IMG/VR virus record: IMGVR_UViG_3300043313_000168
Coordinates: 2,978-66,977 of that record
From: a virus
DNA: 64,000 nucleotides
Strand: one strand, 5' to 3'
Within the stretch, counting starts at the first letter, position 1. Each line of letters begins with the position of its first letter. The position numbers and the translations under genes are program-made. Positions 1-8,070 of the stretch are shown piece by piece. A model generated the notes under the pieces. That model was not told the DNA's origin. It worked only from the letters and a program-made list of their open reading frames with translations, and made no database searches.

Positions 1-431
1 CACTCTCGGCTCTTGCGACCGTTCACTTCCTTCCACTCATTGCGCGGGCAGATCGCACACGCTTGCGCCTGCGGCTGAGCGACGTCGTGGTCGGGGTTGA
101 CGCCATCAAGGGCGGCGCACACCGGGCGCTGACCGGCGCTGGTGTCGTCGTTGAAGCTGTCCTTCGGGTAGTAGCTCTTCGACTTGTAGCTCGCTGCGCG
201 CAGGACGATCACATCGAGGAACGCTGCCGGTGATCCGTCGTCGGGCCGCGTGAACGTGTAGGTCTCGCCGCGCAGCCGCAGCGTCCACACTTTACCTTTG
301 TAGCCTACGACGCCGTAGGATGAGCCGATGCCGTCAGCAAGGCTCTCGTTGGCCGGGTTCAACCCGGCGAACGCCGCGCTCGGTACGACGTTATCAAACG
401 CCGACACGTTCATTAAGTCAGTCGAGGTCAT
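1..431 (-). CDS. Phage replication-module protein, possibly ssDNA-binding (3' end truncated by window)
   Basis: Hand translation MTSTDLMNVSAFDNVVP...SKSYYPK...CAALDGVNPD...CAICPRNEWKEVNGRKSRE; AGGAG RBS at about 441-445; not in the ORF track because it is truncated. Confidence 0.6.
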   Translation of the reverse strand, partial: MTSTDLMNVSAFDNVVPSAAFAGLNPANESLADGIGSSYGVVGYKGKVWTLRLRGETYTFTRPDDGSPAAFLDVIVLRAASYKSKSYYPKDSFNDDTSAGQRPVCAALDGVNPDHDVAQPQAQACAICPRNEWKEVNGRKSRE

Positions 432-452
432 GGGGTAGGTCTCCTGTTTCGA

Positions 453-467
453 TTACCGTCGCGGTAA
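453..467. repeat. Dispersed palindrome TTACCGYNRCGGTAA copy 1 (intergenic)
   Basis: TTACCG TCG CGGTAA. Confidence 0.95.
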
Positions 468-468
468 A

Positions 469-873
469 TCAAGCATCGCCGGCGCGACGGACGCCGATGG
501 TGCGTAGGGCTGAGAGTTTGACGCCCGGGGGTTCGACCTTCTTCTCCGCGATGTAGTCGCGGACCGCGGTGGCGTTGGCCTTGCGGTCAAGAAGGTCCCA
601 GAGGCTGTTGGCGATAACGAACTTCATGAAGTCCTGCGGGTCGGACAATGACGCGGAGTATCGAACAGAGGAGTAGACCGTACCCCCCGATGTCTTAATA
701 CTTTGCGCACCCGATGTGTCGAGCGTCTCCTGCAGCTTCGTGGTGAGCTCGTTCTGCATATCGGTAAAGGGTTGCAGTTCCTCTTCGTGCCGCGTCTTGA
801 TCGCCTTGATCTTGTCGCGCAGGGCGACATAGTTCTTGACGTGGTTGTCGACGCGGGCCGCGTGGTCGGTCAT
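469..873 (-). CDS. Conserved phage coiled-coil protein of the replication module
   Basis: MTDHAARVDNHVKNYVALRDKIK...; GAGG RBS; ATGA overlap with the upstream stop. Confidence 0.7.
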   Translation of the reverse strand: MTDHAARVDNHVKNYVALRDKIKAIKTRHEEELQPFTDMQNELTTKLQETLDTSGAQSIKTSGGTVYSSVRYSASLSDPQDFMKFVIANSLWDLLDRKANATAVRDYIAEKKVEPPGVKLSALRTIGVRRAGDA

Positions 874-1147
874 GTGATTTCCTCTATGGTTATGCGGCAA
901 CGCACCGGGGTCGGTACGCGCCAGCCGTGGGGGTAGGTCCTCAAATCGGGTCGGTTACGAATGTAGCCGTAGTGCTTTTCGATCCACTCTTTGCACTCGC
1001 GGCGGGTACGGAAGCCCGCCAGCGTCGCACCATCGCAGCCACTGTCCCTAGAGGGTGGAATTGAAGGCGCACATACGTCCCGTCGAGGCCTCTCACAGAG
1101 CGCCACTTCACGTACCAGCGTGCCTCGACCAGTGTGGGGACGATCAC
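870..1147 (-). pseudogene. Small phage gene split by a -1 frameshift near 1030-1065
   Basis: N-terminal half (W.VKWRS..GLDG) lies in ORF 941..1147 and C-terminal half (FRTRRECKEWIEKHYGYIRNRPDLR.YPHGW) in ORF 870..1283. The outer ends make GTGA and ATGA overlaps with the neighbouring genes. Confidence 0.55.
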
Positions 1148-1473
1148 TTTTTCTTGTTCCCGAACAGGTTGCGAAGCATGTTCGCGCCGTCGGTGTCGTC
1201 GGCGCCGAGAGCTTTGCGCTCAGCCTCGCACGCCTCGCAATGGCATTCAGGGTTGACGGCGACCTTGGCGGCGGTGCTGTCATAGGTGAGGGCGATGCCG
1301 CGGCAGATCATCTCGCGGACTTCGTCGGGCTGGTTAAAGCCGGGGGCGAACATCGCCATCGGGGCAGCGTCCTCGTTGAACAGGATCACAACTGCGCCGT
1401 GGGCAGAGGGGACACGCTCCTTAAAGAACTCAACCATGTCTCTCTGGAATTGGACTGGGTCCTGATTTTTCAT
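1144..1473 (-). CDS. Hypothetical protein with a CxCxxC motif
   Basis: ORF coupled to the helicase stop (ATGA); CHCEAC. Confidence 0.65.
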   Translation of the reverse strand: MKNQDPVQFQRDMVEFFKERVPSAHGAVVILFNEDAAPMAMFAPGFNQPDEVREMICRGIALTYDSTAAKVAVNPECHCEACEAERKALGADDTDGANMLRNLFGNKKK

Positions 1474-3056
1474 GCTGCTGCCTGCGTTGCGTTAGAGAGC
1501 ATTTCCAGTAGGGCTTCCTGCACTGACTGCTTAGCCCTTAACATTGTGTAAATTTTCCGTTCAACAGAAGTTGATTGGAGGTGGATGATTTGCTGCTTGT
1601 GTTTCTGCCCGACCCTGGTGATGCGGGCATTGGCTTGGTCATAGATGTCCAGTGAAGTGATCGGCATATACCAGATGATGGTGTCGGCGGCGGTGAGTGT
1701 GATGCCGTGGGCCAGACACGCCGGGTGCGCGAGCAGCACCTTGTACTTGTCAGTGTTCTGGAAGGCGTTAAAAATCCGCGAACGCTCGCCTTGGCTCACT
1801 TGTCCGTGAACGGTGGCGAACTCGATGCCTGCCCCGGTGAGCACGTCCGCCACGCCCCCCAGTGTGTGGATGAAGGGCACGAACACCAGCACCTTGCGCT
1901 CGTTCTCGGCGATCAGGTCGACCATCACGTCATGGCGGGGTTTCGCGTCTGTCGGGATCGCGATGGTCGAGCCGTTGGCGTCCTTGCCGCCATAGACCCA
2001 GCCGCCGCTGACCTGCAGGAGCTTGCCCATGGCGACCGCCGCGTTCACCGCTGTCACCTTCTGGCCGGCGATGTCCGCTTGGAACAGCTTCGCCAACTGC
2101 GTGTAGATTTTGTTCTGCGTCGGGGTGACAGGCACGTCGATCGTGCGGCTGACCACCTCCGGCAACTCCACGACCGCGTCGAGTGAATAGCGCACGTTCG
2201 GCTGCAACATCCTGAAAGCGGTCTCGATGGCGTCGTCCTTGGGAACCCACTTGAAGTTGTTCACCTTGCGCATCAGCATTTCCTGCGCCTGCCGGAAATA
2301 CTTCGGGACGGTGTGGGGAGTGACAATCTTGGCCTGCGCCCACACGTCTGTCGGGTCATTGGGCATGGGGCGGCCAGTCATCCCCCAGCACACTTTAAAG
2401 CGTTCGCTGAACTTGCGCATCGCCTTGGAGCGGTCGGAGTTGTTGCGGTAGACGGCTAGCTCGTCGAGGACCAGCACGTCGATGTCTGTGCGCAAGAGCA
2501 GTTCTGCGGCGACGGTCTTGAGCCCGTCATGGTTGATCACGAATATCTCGGCGTCACCCCTTAACCTTTCGAGGCGCTTCTGCTTCGAGCCGTGGAGCAC
2601 TGCCACCTTGCGGTGCGGCAGGGTCGCGAACACCTCGGCGGCCCACACAAAGTCGAGTGTGCTCAGGGTCGCGACCACCAGCAGCTTGCCGACCAGCCCC
2701 TCGGTGTGGAGATAATCCCACGCCCACAGCGCCGCCTTCGTCTTGCCGGTGCCCATGGAGTTCAAGATGTAGGCGCGCTGCGCTGTCGTCATCAAGTCGC
2801 AGGTCGAGCGCTGCACGGCGAACGGCTTGCCGCCGCGCCAGTCGTAATAGCAGAGCATCGGGTTCGGTAGCTCGTAGCCCAGATGCCTCAGCGCGATGGT
2901 CGAGTGCAGGTCGTGCGGCACCACCAGTTGCTGTTCGCCAAGGTGCGCCAGATTGTGCGCTCCTGGAAACATGGTGATGGTCCCGCCCGTCCGCGGCACG
3001 ACCAGTGCGCGGTTCGCTCGGGAGACAATCACATGACCCTTGGTGTTAGCTAACAT
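1470..3056 (-). CDS. SNF2-like (superfamily 2) DNA helicase
   Basis: Motif I MGTGKT, motif II VLDEL, motif III MTGRP, C-terminal HGITL and QANARITRVGQ. Confidence 0.92.
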   Translation of the reverse strand: MLANTKGHVIVSRANRALVVPRTGGTITMFPGAHNLAHLGEQQLVVPHDLHSTIALRHLGYELPNPMLCYYDWRGGKPFAVQRSTCDLMTTAQRAYILNSMGTGKTKAALWAWDYLHTEGLVGKLLVVATLSTLDFVWAAEVFATLPHRKVAVLHGSKQKRLERLRGDAEIFVINHDGLKTVAAELLLRTDIDVLVLDELAVYRNNSDRSKAMRKFSERFKVCWGMTGRPMPNDPTDVWAQAKIVTPHTVPKYFRQAQEMLMRKVNNFKWVPKDDAIETAFRMLQPNVRYSLDAVVELPEVVSRTIDVPVTPTQNKIYTQLAKLFQADIAGQKVTAVNAAVAMGKLLQVSGGWVYGGKDANGSTIAIPTDAKPRHDVMVDLIAENERKVLVFVPFIHTLGGVADVLTGAGIEFATVHGQVSQGERSRIFNAFQNTDKYKVLLAHPACLAHGITLTAADTIIWYMPITSLDIYDQANARITRVGQKHKQQIIHLQSTSVERKIYTMLRAKQSVQEALLEMLSNATQAAA

Positions 3057-3479
3057 CGAACTTCTCTCTCAAAACCATCCGGGCTCGTTCCTCGTCGGTC
3101 GCGTATTCCACTCGATAGTAGTCGCTGTCGACGGCTCGCGAGAGGCGCCGCCACTGACACGCGTTAGTGCGCCAGTGCCACCACCGATGCTTGCGCTGTC
3201 GGTAGAGCGGGTTGCGTTCCCATTCGCCCCAGTCTACGGGCAGACCGACGCCGTAAAGGAGGACGCCCATTACCGTGACAGTAAATCTTTGATGGTCGCT
3301 ACGCGCTGTCGCGAGAGCGCGTCGTTCGGGTGCGCTTCCAAGTGCGCCATGATCCCGGCGAGTTGCTTCGTCAGCCGCTTCTCCTTGCTACTCGGCGCGC
3401 AGGTGTTGTTGCCGGTGCGGACGCGTCGCTGGGCGGGGGCTGCTGGGCGCTCATCGTCAGTCTTGCTCGAAGTCGACAT
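3046..3479 (-). CDS. Two small hypothetical proteins (3046-3270 and 3270-3479)
   Basis: Tightly packed ORFs in the operon with coupled start/stop codons. Confidence 0.5.
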
Positions 3480-3786
3480 GATAAAACCTTCTGTGCACGT
3501 GAATAAGGGCGATGGCCTTCTCGCAGCTTTCCTCGTCGTGAACCCGGAGGACCAGCCCGCCAGCGACCGCGATGGCCGCAGCGGTACTCTCTTGCGTGGG
3601 CGTTAATTTTTCCTTCCCGCTGGCCTTCGTCTCGATGGTGACGAACATGCCGTCGATGCAGAGGATAAAGTCGAGGGCCGGGGCGCCATAGCCGGACTGC
3701 ACCGGCATGAATGTCCACGCCTTCGGAAAGTGAAGCTTGATCTTCTTCTTCAGCATGGCTTTGATCCGGCCCTCGGGAGTGCTCAT
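3457..3786 (-). CDS. VRR-NUC domain nuclease
   Basis: PEGRIKA...GYGAPALDFI...IETKA...LTPTQ pattern, adjacent to SNF2 helicase. Confidence 0.85.
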   Translation of the reverse strand: MSTPEGRIKAMLKKKIKLHFPKAWTFMPVQSGYGAPALDFILCIDGMFVTIETKASGKEKLTPTQESTAAAIAVAGGLVLRVHDEESCEKAIALIHVHRRFYHVDFEQD

Positions 3787-4109
3787 GTCGGCCAGCCACC
3801 GTCCTCACCGCCATCATCATCATCATCGTCCACCACTGTGGGGTTCGGGTTGACGACCAGCTTGTAGCTGTAGAGCCCGTTGCCGAGGAAAAAGCGCAAG
3901 ACCGTGTGTGAGCCGAAGCGCTTCTTCCGCATGTGCCGTAACTGCGCACTGACAGACGCGGGCGGGGCATTAGTGGCCGCCGAAATCTCGGGCAGCGTGC
4001 GCGACACGCCGTCCTTCATCAGGTCGAAGATGCGCCGGTATTGAACGCTCAGACGGGAGTGATCCCGTTGAGTGACATATTCCGGTCCGTTGAAGTGTGG
4101 TGTGCTCAT
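3783..4109 (-). CDS. Winged helix-turn-helix DNA-binding protein
   Basis: RIFDLMKDGVSRTLPEISAATNAPPASVSAQLRHMRK followed by a beta-hairpin GNGLYSYKL; acidic tail. Confidence 0.7.
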   Translation of the reverse strand: MSTPHFNGPEYVTQRDHSRLSVQYRRIFDLMKDGVSRTLPEISAATNAPPASVSAQLRHMRKKRFGSHTVLRFFLGNGLYSYKLVVNPNPTVVDDDDDDGGEDGGWPT

Positions 4110-4936
4110 GTCCACCTCGTGAAATCTGGGGGCTCGGGTTGCCCGGCCAAATCGCTCGGCTCGGGATTTTCGTTTACCGTCGCGGTAACTTCGCGCTCGG
4201 GCCGGGATTTTGGGGTCCGCCGGCGGACGGGCGAGGCTGCCAGCGCCTTTTCAATCGCCGCAACTGGATCGTTGCCGTCCACTCCGACGGCGTAGCCCCC
4301 CTGGGGAGACGCGGCTGCGAAGTTGCAATGGAACGCGTCGTTCTTGAACGCGACGGAGAGGTGGACGAACTCGCCCTTCTTGGCGAGAGCACGCAGGCGT
4401 TCTTCAAGCGTCGGCACGGAGAGCCTCCTTGTTGGCTTTGGCGATCTGGGCGCGAGCACCGCCACGAACGGCGGGTCGCGTGTAGGGGTGCGGCACGATG
4501 ATGAAGCCGTGTCGCTCCATGTGCTCAACGATGCGCCGCCCGTCGAGGCCGTGCTTCATGATGGCATTGGCGAGCGCCGCCCTCGCTTGGTCGCCAGTGT
4601 GTGATCGGTTGCTAGGTCCGGCCATAACGATCCTCCAATGCTTCGCGCGCCACTCGGGTCGCGCGCTTGTACTCGTATTTGAACGGGCCGATGCTCTGGT
4701 CGAGGCGGAAATGCCAGCTTTCACGTCGCAGGTTCTGTCCGATCCAGCGCCGCCAATGCCACCACGGTGTCAGCATCCACGGTCGCCGCGTCGGGGCCGC
4801 CTGTGCTACTCCTGCGGGTCGGGCCATTTCTACCGGGTCCGTATATTTGTAGCCTTCGATCTGCTGGCTCGTAGCAACCACAGGCCACGGGTGCTTGAAC
4901 TCTATCCCCTCGGCCCCTTGCCGTGGAACGGGCATG
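4106..4936 (-). CDS. Three hypothetical proteins (4106-4417, 4404-4625, 4612-~4936)
   Basis: Overlapping ORFs; GGAGG RBS before 4417 and 4625; start of the third uncertain. Confidence 0.5.
4174..4188. repeat. Dispersed palindrome copy 2 (in CDS, about 65 bp upstream of the wHTH gene)
   Basis: TTACCG TCG CGGTAA. Confidence 0.95.
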
Positions 4937-5612
4937 ACTGCACCACGCAATGGCGCTTGCACAGGCCGCTCGGTTTGGGGGGGAACGCCTGTGCCTTTGT
5001 TGCTGTCTCCAAAGCGGTTACCCGCGGCAATAAGCTCACCCATTGATCCGCTACCTCTTGTCTGTCGAACACTTCGGGGGTCGTGCACTCTTCCTTCAGC
5101 CAAACGAACTCGCTGCGCACCTTCTTCACATTCGGAAAGTGCGAGAACAGACACTGGGCCATCAGCATCAGCTGGACGCTGTCCTCTAAAATCTTGCCAG
5201 TTTTCCAGTCGAGGATCAGCGCCACGTCATCCCAGATACGCACGACGTCGCCGATGCCGCGGTACCATACGTTGCGGGCGAAATAGGTCGTAGCTTGGAA
5301 GTCGCGCGTGATGGCGTACTTCTGCTCAACAAAAAGCTGGCCGGGGCCAGCCTTCACGCGATCCACCCACGTCTGGAACGTCGCCATGTCTGCTGGCAGC
5401 GGCGCGGCGCCAGAGATGGCCTTCGCCAGCGCGGCGTGCACGGCGTTGCCCCAGTCGAGCGGCCCACCCGGGACGTTCTCTTCGGCATAGGTCTTGGCGA
5501 GGTCGATCTCGTAATGCCGCTTCGGGCACACGTCGAAGTTCTTGAGCTTCGAGTAGGACCACGACCATTCTTTCGCCGGCTGTGGAACGCCGATACCTGC
5601 TACTTTGGCCAT
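4902..5612 (-). CDS. PD-(D/E)XK / Cas4-like exonuclease
   Basis: WSYSKL..F..CP, GNAVH, VE, IGD, LDWKTGK, QL, C-terminal LC..HC...SCPF cysteines. Confidence 0.88.
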   Translation of the reverse strand: MAKVAGIGVPQPAKEWSWSYSKLKNFDVCPKRHYEIDLAKTYAEENVPGGPLDWGNAVHAALAKAISGAAPLPADMATFQTWVDRVKAGPGQLFVEQKYAITRDFQATTYFARNVWYRGIGDVVRIWDDVALILDWKTGKILEDSVQLMLMAQCLFSHFPNVKKVRSEFVWLKEECTTPEVFDRQEVADQWVSLLPRVTALETATKAQAFPPKPSGLCKRHCVVQSCPFHGKGPRG

Positions 5613-6238
5613 GTCGCCCCCTTCTGTCGCCCGTCGAGCAGGTCGAGCGGGTCGCCCTGAACGTGCGTCGTGCGCCGATTCAATATCTGGGCGATCTCGT
5701 TGACGGTCATGTCGAGGCCCCCAACGATCAGTGTCTTTCCGGGCTCGGCAGCGAGAAGCGCGTCGACGGCGACGCTCACGTGGGCGTAGGTTCTCATCTG
5801 CTCACCCGTGCCCCGCACTTCGGCGATGGCTGCGGCTCCGAACTTGTCGACCACGCTGTGTCCGCCCGCGCCAAAGACGTTGGGGAAGCGGACGATAGCC
5901 GCACCCACGTGGGCGGCGTAGTCCTCTGCCGCGCGCTTGGAAATTGCATACGGGGTGTGGGGGTAGTTGACCATCGAGGACGACGCGAGCACGAGGCGGT
6001 TACCGTAACGGTAAAGAAGCCGCAGCGTGCCCATGATGTTCACTTCGGCGCTACGGACGAACTCGGGGTCAGCGGCCGCGGTGTTGGCGGCCAGATGGTA
6101 GACGCGATCCGCATCCGGCAGGTCGCAGGTGAGGATGTCCTTGCCCTGCCTGAGGTCAATGCCGATGTAGTTGCCGTCGAGGCGGCGGCCCAGATGTCTG
6201 CCGATGAAGCCCATGTCACCAGTGATAATCGCTACCAT
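5600..6238 (-). CDS. NAD-dependent epimerase/dehydratase (NDP-sugar, extended SDR)
   Basis: ITGDMGFIG Rossmann motif, HLAA, NIMGT, ASSS, catalytic YAISK, RFPNVFG. Confidence 0.88.
   Translation of the reverse strand: MVAIITGDMGFIGRHLGRRLDGNYIGIDLRQGKDILTCDLPDADRVYHLAANTAAADPEFVRSAEVNIMGTLRLLYRYGNRLVLASSSMVNYPHTPYAISKRAAEDYAAHVGAAIVRFPNVFGAGGHSVVDKFGAAAIAEVRGTGEQMRTYAHVSVAVDALLAAEPGKTLIVGGLDMTVNEIAQILNRRTTHVQGDPLDLLDGRQKGATWPK
6000..6014. repeat. Dispersed palindrome copy 3 (in epimerase CDS)
   Basis: TTACCG TAA CGGTAA. Confidence 0.9.
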
Positions 6239-6651
6239 TTCACGTCTCCCGCCTTGCGTTCGGCCAGCGAGAGGCGCCTGACGTTGTTGTGGGCGGTCTC
6301 TTCAAGTTCAAGCTCGCTTATCATTTTGTGGGTACGGGGGTCGAACCGGGCTAGGTCCTGCTCATCGAAGTCGTCAATCTTGAACGCGTCGGGGCTGAAC
6401 TTCGCAGCGTCCACCGCCAGCGCGATGTTCGCGACCAGCTGGGTGCTGGGGTACTGCTCGCGTAGATCAGTGAAGTCGACGCCGCCCACGCGCAGTGTCA
6501 CCTTTTCAGGGTCGTTGGTGTTGACGATCTCCACAGCATGGCCCGCGATCAGCTTGGCCATGGTCTGAACCCTAGCCTGCGCCTCTCGCACCATCCACGC
6601 GTTCTTGTCTGCGTGCTCGGGGCTGTCGCCTATTCCGATAGGTGTTTTCAT
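6232..6651 (-). CDS. Hypothetical protein, paralog of 6648-7064
   Basis: EQYPSTQLVANIALAV motif. Confidence 0.65.
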   Translation of the reverse strand: MKTPIGIGDSPEHADKNAWMVREAQARVQTMAKLIAGHAVEIVNTNDPEKVTLRVGGVDFTDLREQYPSTQLVANIALAVDAAKFSPDAFKIDDFDEQDLARFDPRTHKMISELELEETAHNNVRRLSLAERKAGDVKW

Positions 6652-7064
6652 TTGTCATCCCAAAATGAGGGCGGGGTTAAGTGCTTGCGGTACTCGGCAC
6701 GGCTGCGCTGCTCTGCCGCTTCCTTCTCTTGTTCGGCAGTCATTCCCTTCACGCCGTTGAAGCTGTCGAGGGCTCCGATGGCGAGGCCGATGTTAGCGAT
6801 CAGTTGCTCGCTCGGCCATGTGTCACAATAGGTCTCGATCCAGCGGACGTGACGATCGGCAATGAGGACCACCACGCGATCGCGGCGCTTGTCTTTCTCG
6901 GCCCAAGTCAATCTCACCTTTTGCGCTTCGGCCCACCGTTCGAGGAGCTCCCGACGGGTTTGCACCTCTGCCGCGCATCCGTACTTTGAGTAATACTCGC
7001 GCTCCCCGTTCATCGCTGCGATGTAGGCGCCTTGGCGCATCTCCAACTCGGTTTTGGTCGGCAC
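6648..7064 (-). CDS. Hypothetical protein, paralog of 6232-6651
   Basis: DTWPSEQLIANIGLAI motif; AGGAG RBS. Confidence 0.65.
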   Translation of the reverse strand: MPTKTELEMRQGAYIAAMNGEREYYSKYGCAAEVQTRRELLERWAEAQKVRLTWAEKDKRRDRVVVLIADRHVRWIETYCDTWPSEQLIANIGLAIGALDSFNGVKGMTAEQEKEAAEQRSRAEYRKHLTPPSFWDDK

Positions 7065-7095
7065 GGCCGGCGATCTCCTGGTTGGCGCGGCTCTG

Positions 7096-7110
7096 TTACC
7101 GCCGCGGTAA
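7096..7110. repeat. Dispersed palindrome copy 4 (intergenic)
   Basis: TTACCG CCG CGGTAA. Confidence 0.95.
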
Positions 7111-7112
7111 AT

Positions 7113-7631
7113 CTAAAGACGTGCAGCGCGCGGCAGCGGCAGACCCAACTCGTCTTCGAGTTCTTGCTGCAGCAGCGCCATCGCGCGCCACGCCAATGCG
7201 GCGGTGTGGCGAATGCGATATTCGGTGCCGTCCACGACAACGATGTCGTAGCCACCGCGTTCCGTCAGATGTCGCGCGATGCAGTCAGCGTGATCCATCG
7301 ACTTGCCGCGCGCATGGTGCATCGGCTCGCCGGGATTATGCTTCATGTTGCCGATGCAAGAGACGTTCGCCACGGCGGCGCACGCGTCGGGGAAGTAGTC
7401 GATCAGGCCGGTGCACATGGGCAGCGTCTTGCGATACGCGCTGTCGCCAGTGATCAGGCGGGCCACGTTGGGATTGGAGCGCTTGCTCCCCACCTTGCCC
7501 TCCGCCACCCTCTTGATCAGGTGGTAGGCATCGCCAGCGGCGTCGTTGCCGGTCGGCGGCGCGGCCATCGCCGCGATTTCGGCGGCGGCGACACTTTTAT
7601 TATTACGCGCGCGTTGTGGCTTATGCTGCAT
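7113..7631 (-). CDS. dATP/dGTP diphosphohydrolase-like protein (DUF5664-type)
   Basis: YFPDACAAVANVSCIGNMKHNP...DCIARHL...HTAALAWRAMALLQ. Confidence 0.75.
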   Translation of the reverse strand: MQHKPQRARNNKSVAAAEIAAMAAPPTGNDAAGDAYHLIKRVAEGKVGSKRSNPNVARLITGDSAYRKTLPMCTGLIDYFPDACAAVANVSCIGNMKHNPGEPMHHARGKSMDHADCIARHLTERGGYDIVVVDGTEYRIRHTAALAWRAMALLQQELEDELGLPLPRAARL

Positions 7632-8070
7632 CTGCCTGCTCCCTGTTGGCGTAGGCGAGCTTCATAAGCTCCACGATCTCTGCGGACAGATAGAGGATTT
7701 CCATCCCCTCGCTCTGCAGCGCTACAGCCGTGCGGTGCTCGGCCTGCGCGCCGTTGGACTTCTCCCAACCCGGCAGGAGAACAATCATGTCCGCGTGCAG
7801 GCAGATGAAGTCCATGTCCTCGGAGAGTGCTTGTCGGAGAGAGAAGCCGTGCTTGGCCTTGGCTTCTGCGATTGATCCAGCGGCGTTGCCTGCTGAGATG
7901 TTGACGCCGCCGTGGCGCTCGATGTCCTTCTCGGCGGGGTTGAACACCGTGTGGCCGTTCTGGCGAAGGACGTGGGCGACGGCGTGGAATGTGGGGAAGT
8001 TGAACTCTGGGTAGCCCTGCATGGGGCCGGCGAGATAGATGTCACGTGGCTTCGTTGGCTGCGGGATCAT
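7621..8070 (-). CDS. DUF4406 / nucleoside 2-deoxyribosyltransferase-like protein
   Basis: IYLAGPMQGYPEFNFP.F...VFNPAE...D...LLPGWEKSNGAQAE. Confidence 0.85.
   Translation of the reverse strand: MIPQPTKPRDIYLAGPMQGYPEFNFPTFHAVAHVLRQNGHTVFNPAEKDIERHGGVNISAGNAAGSIAEAKAKHGFSLRQALSEDMDFICLHADMIVLLPGWEKSNGAQAEHRTAVALQSEGMEILYLSAEIVELMKLAYANREQADAA

Noticed and set aside
4902-5612. Cas4-like gene as evidence of CRISPR-Cas
   Set aside because: No array or other cas genes; solo Cas4-like nucleases are common in phage replication modules.
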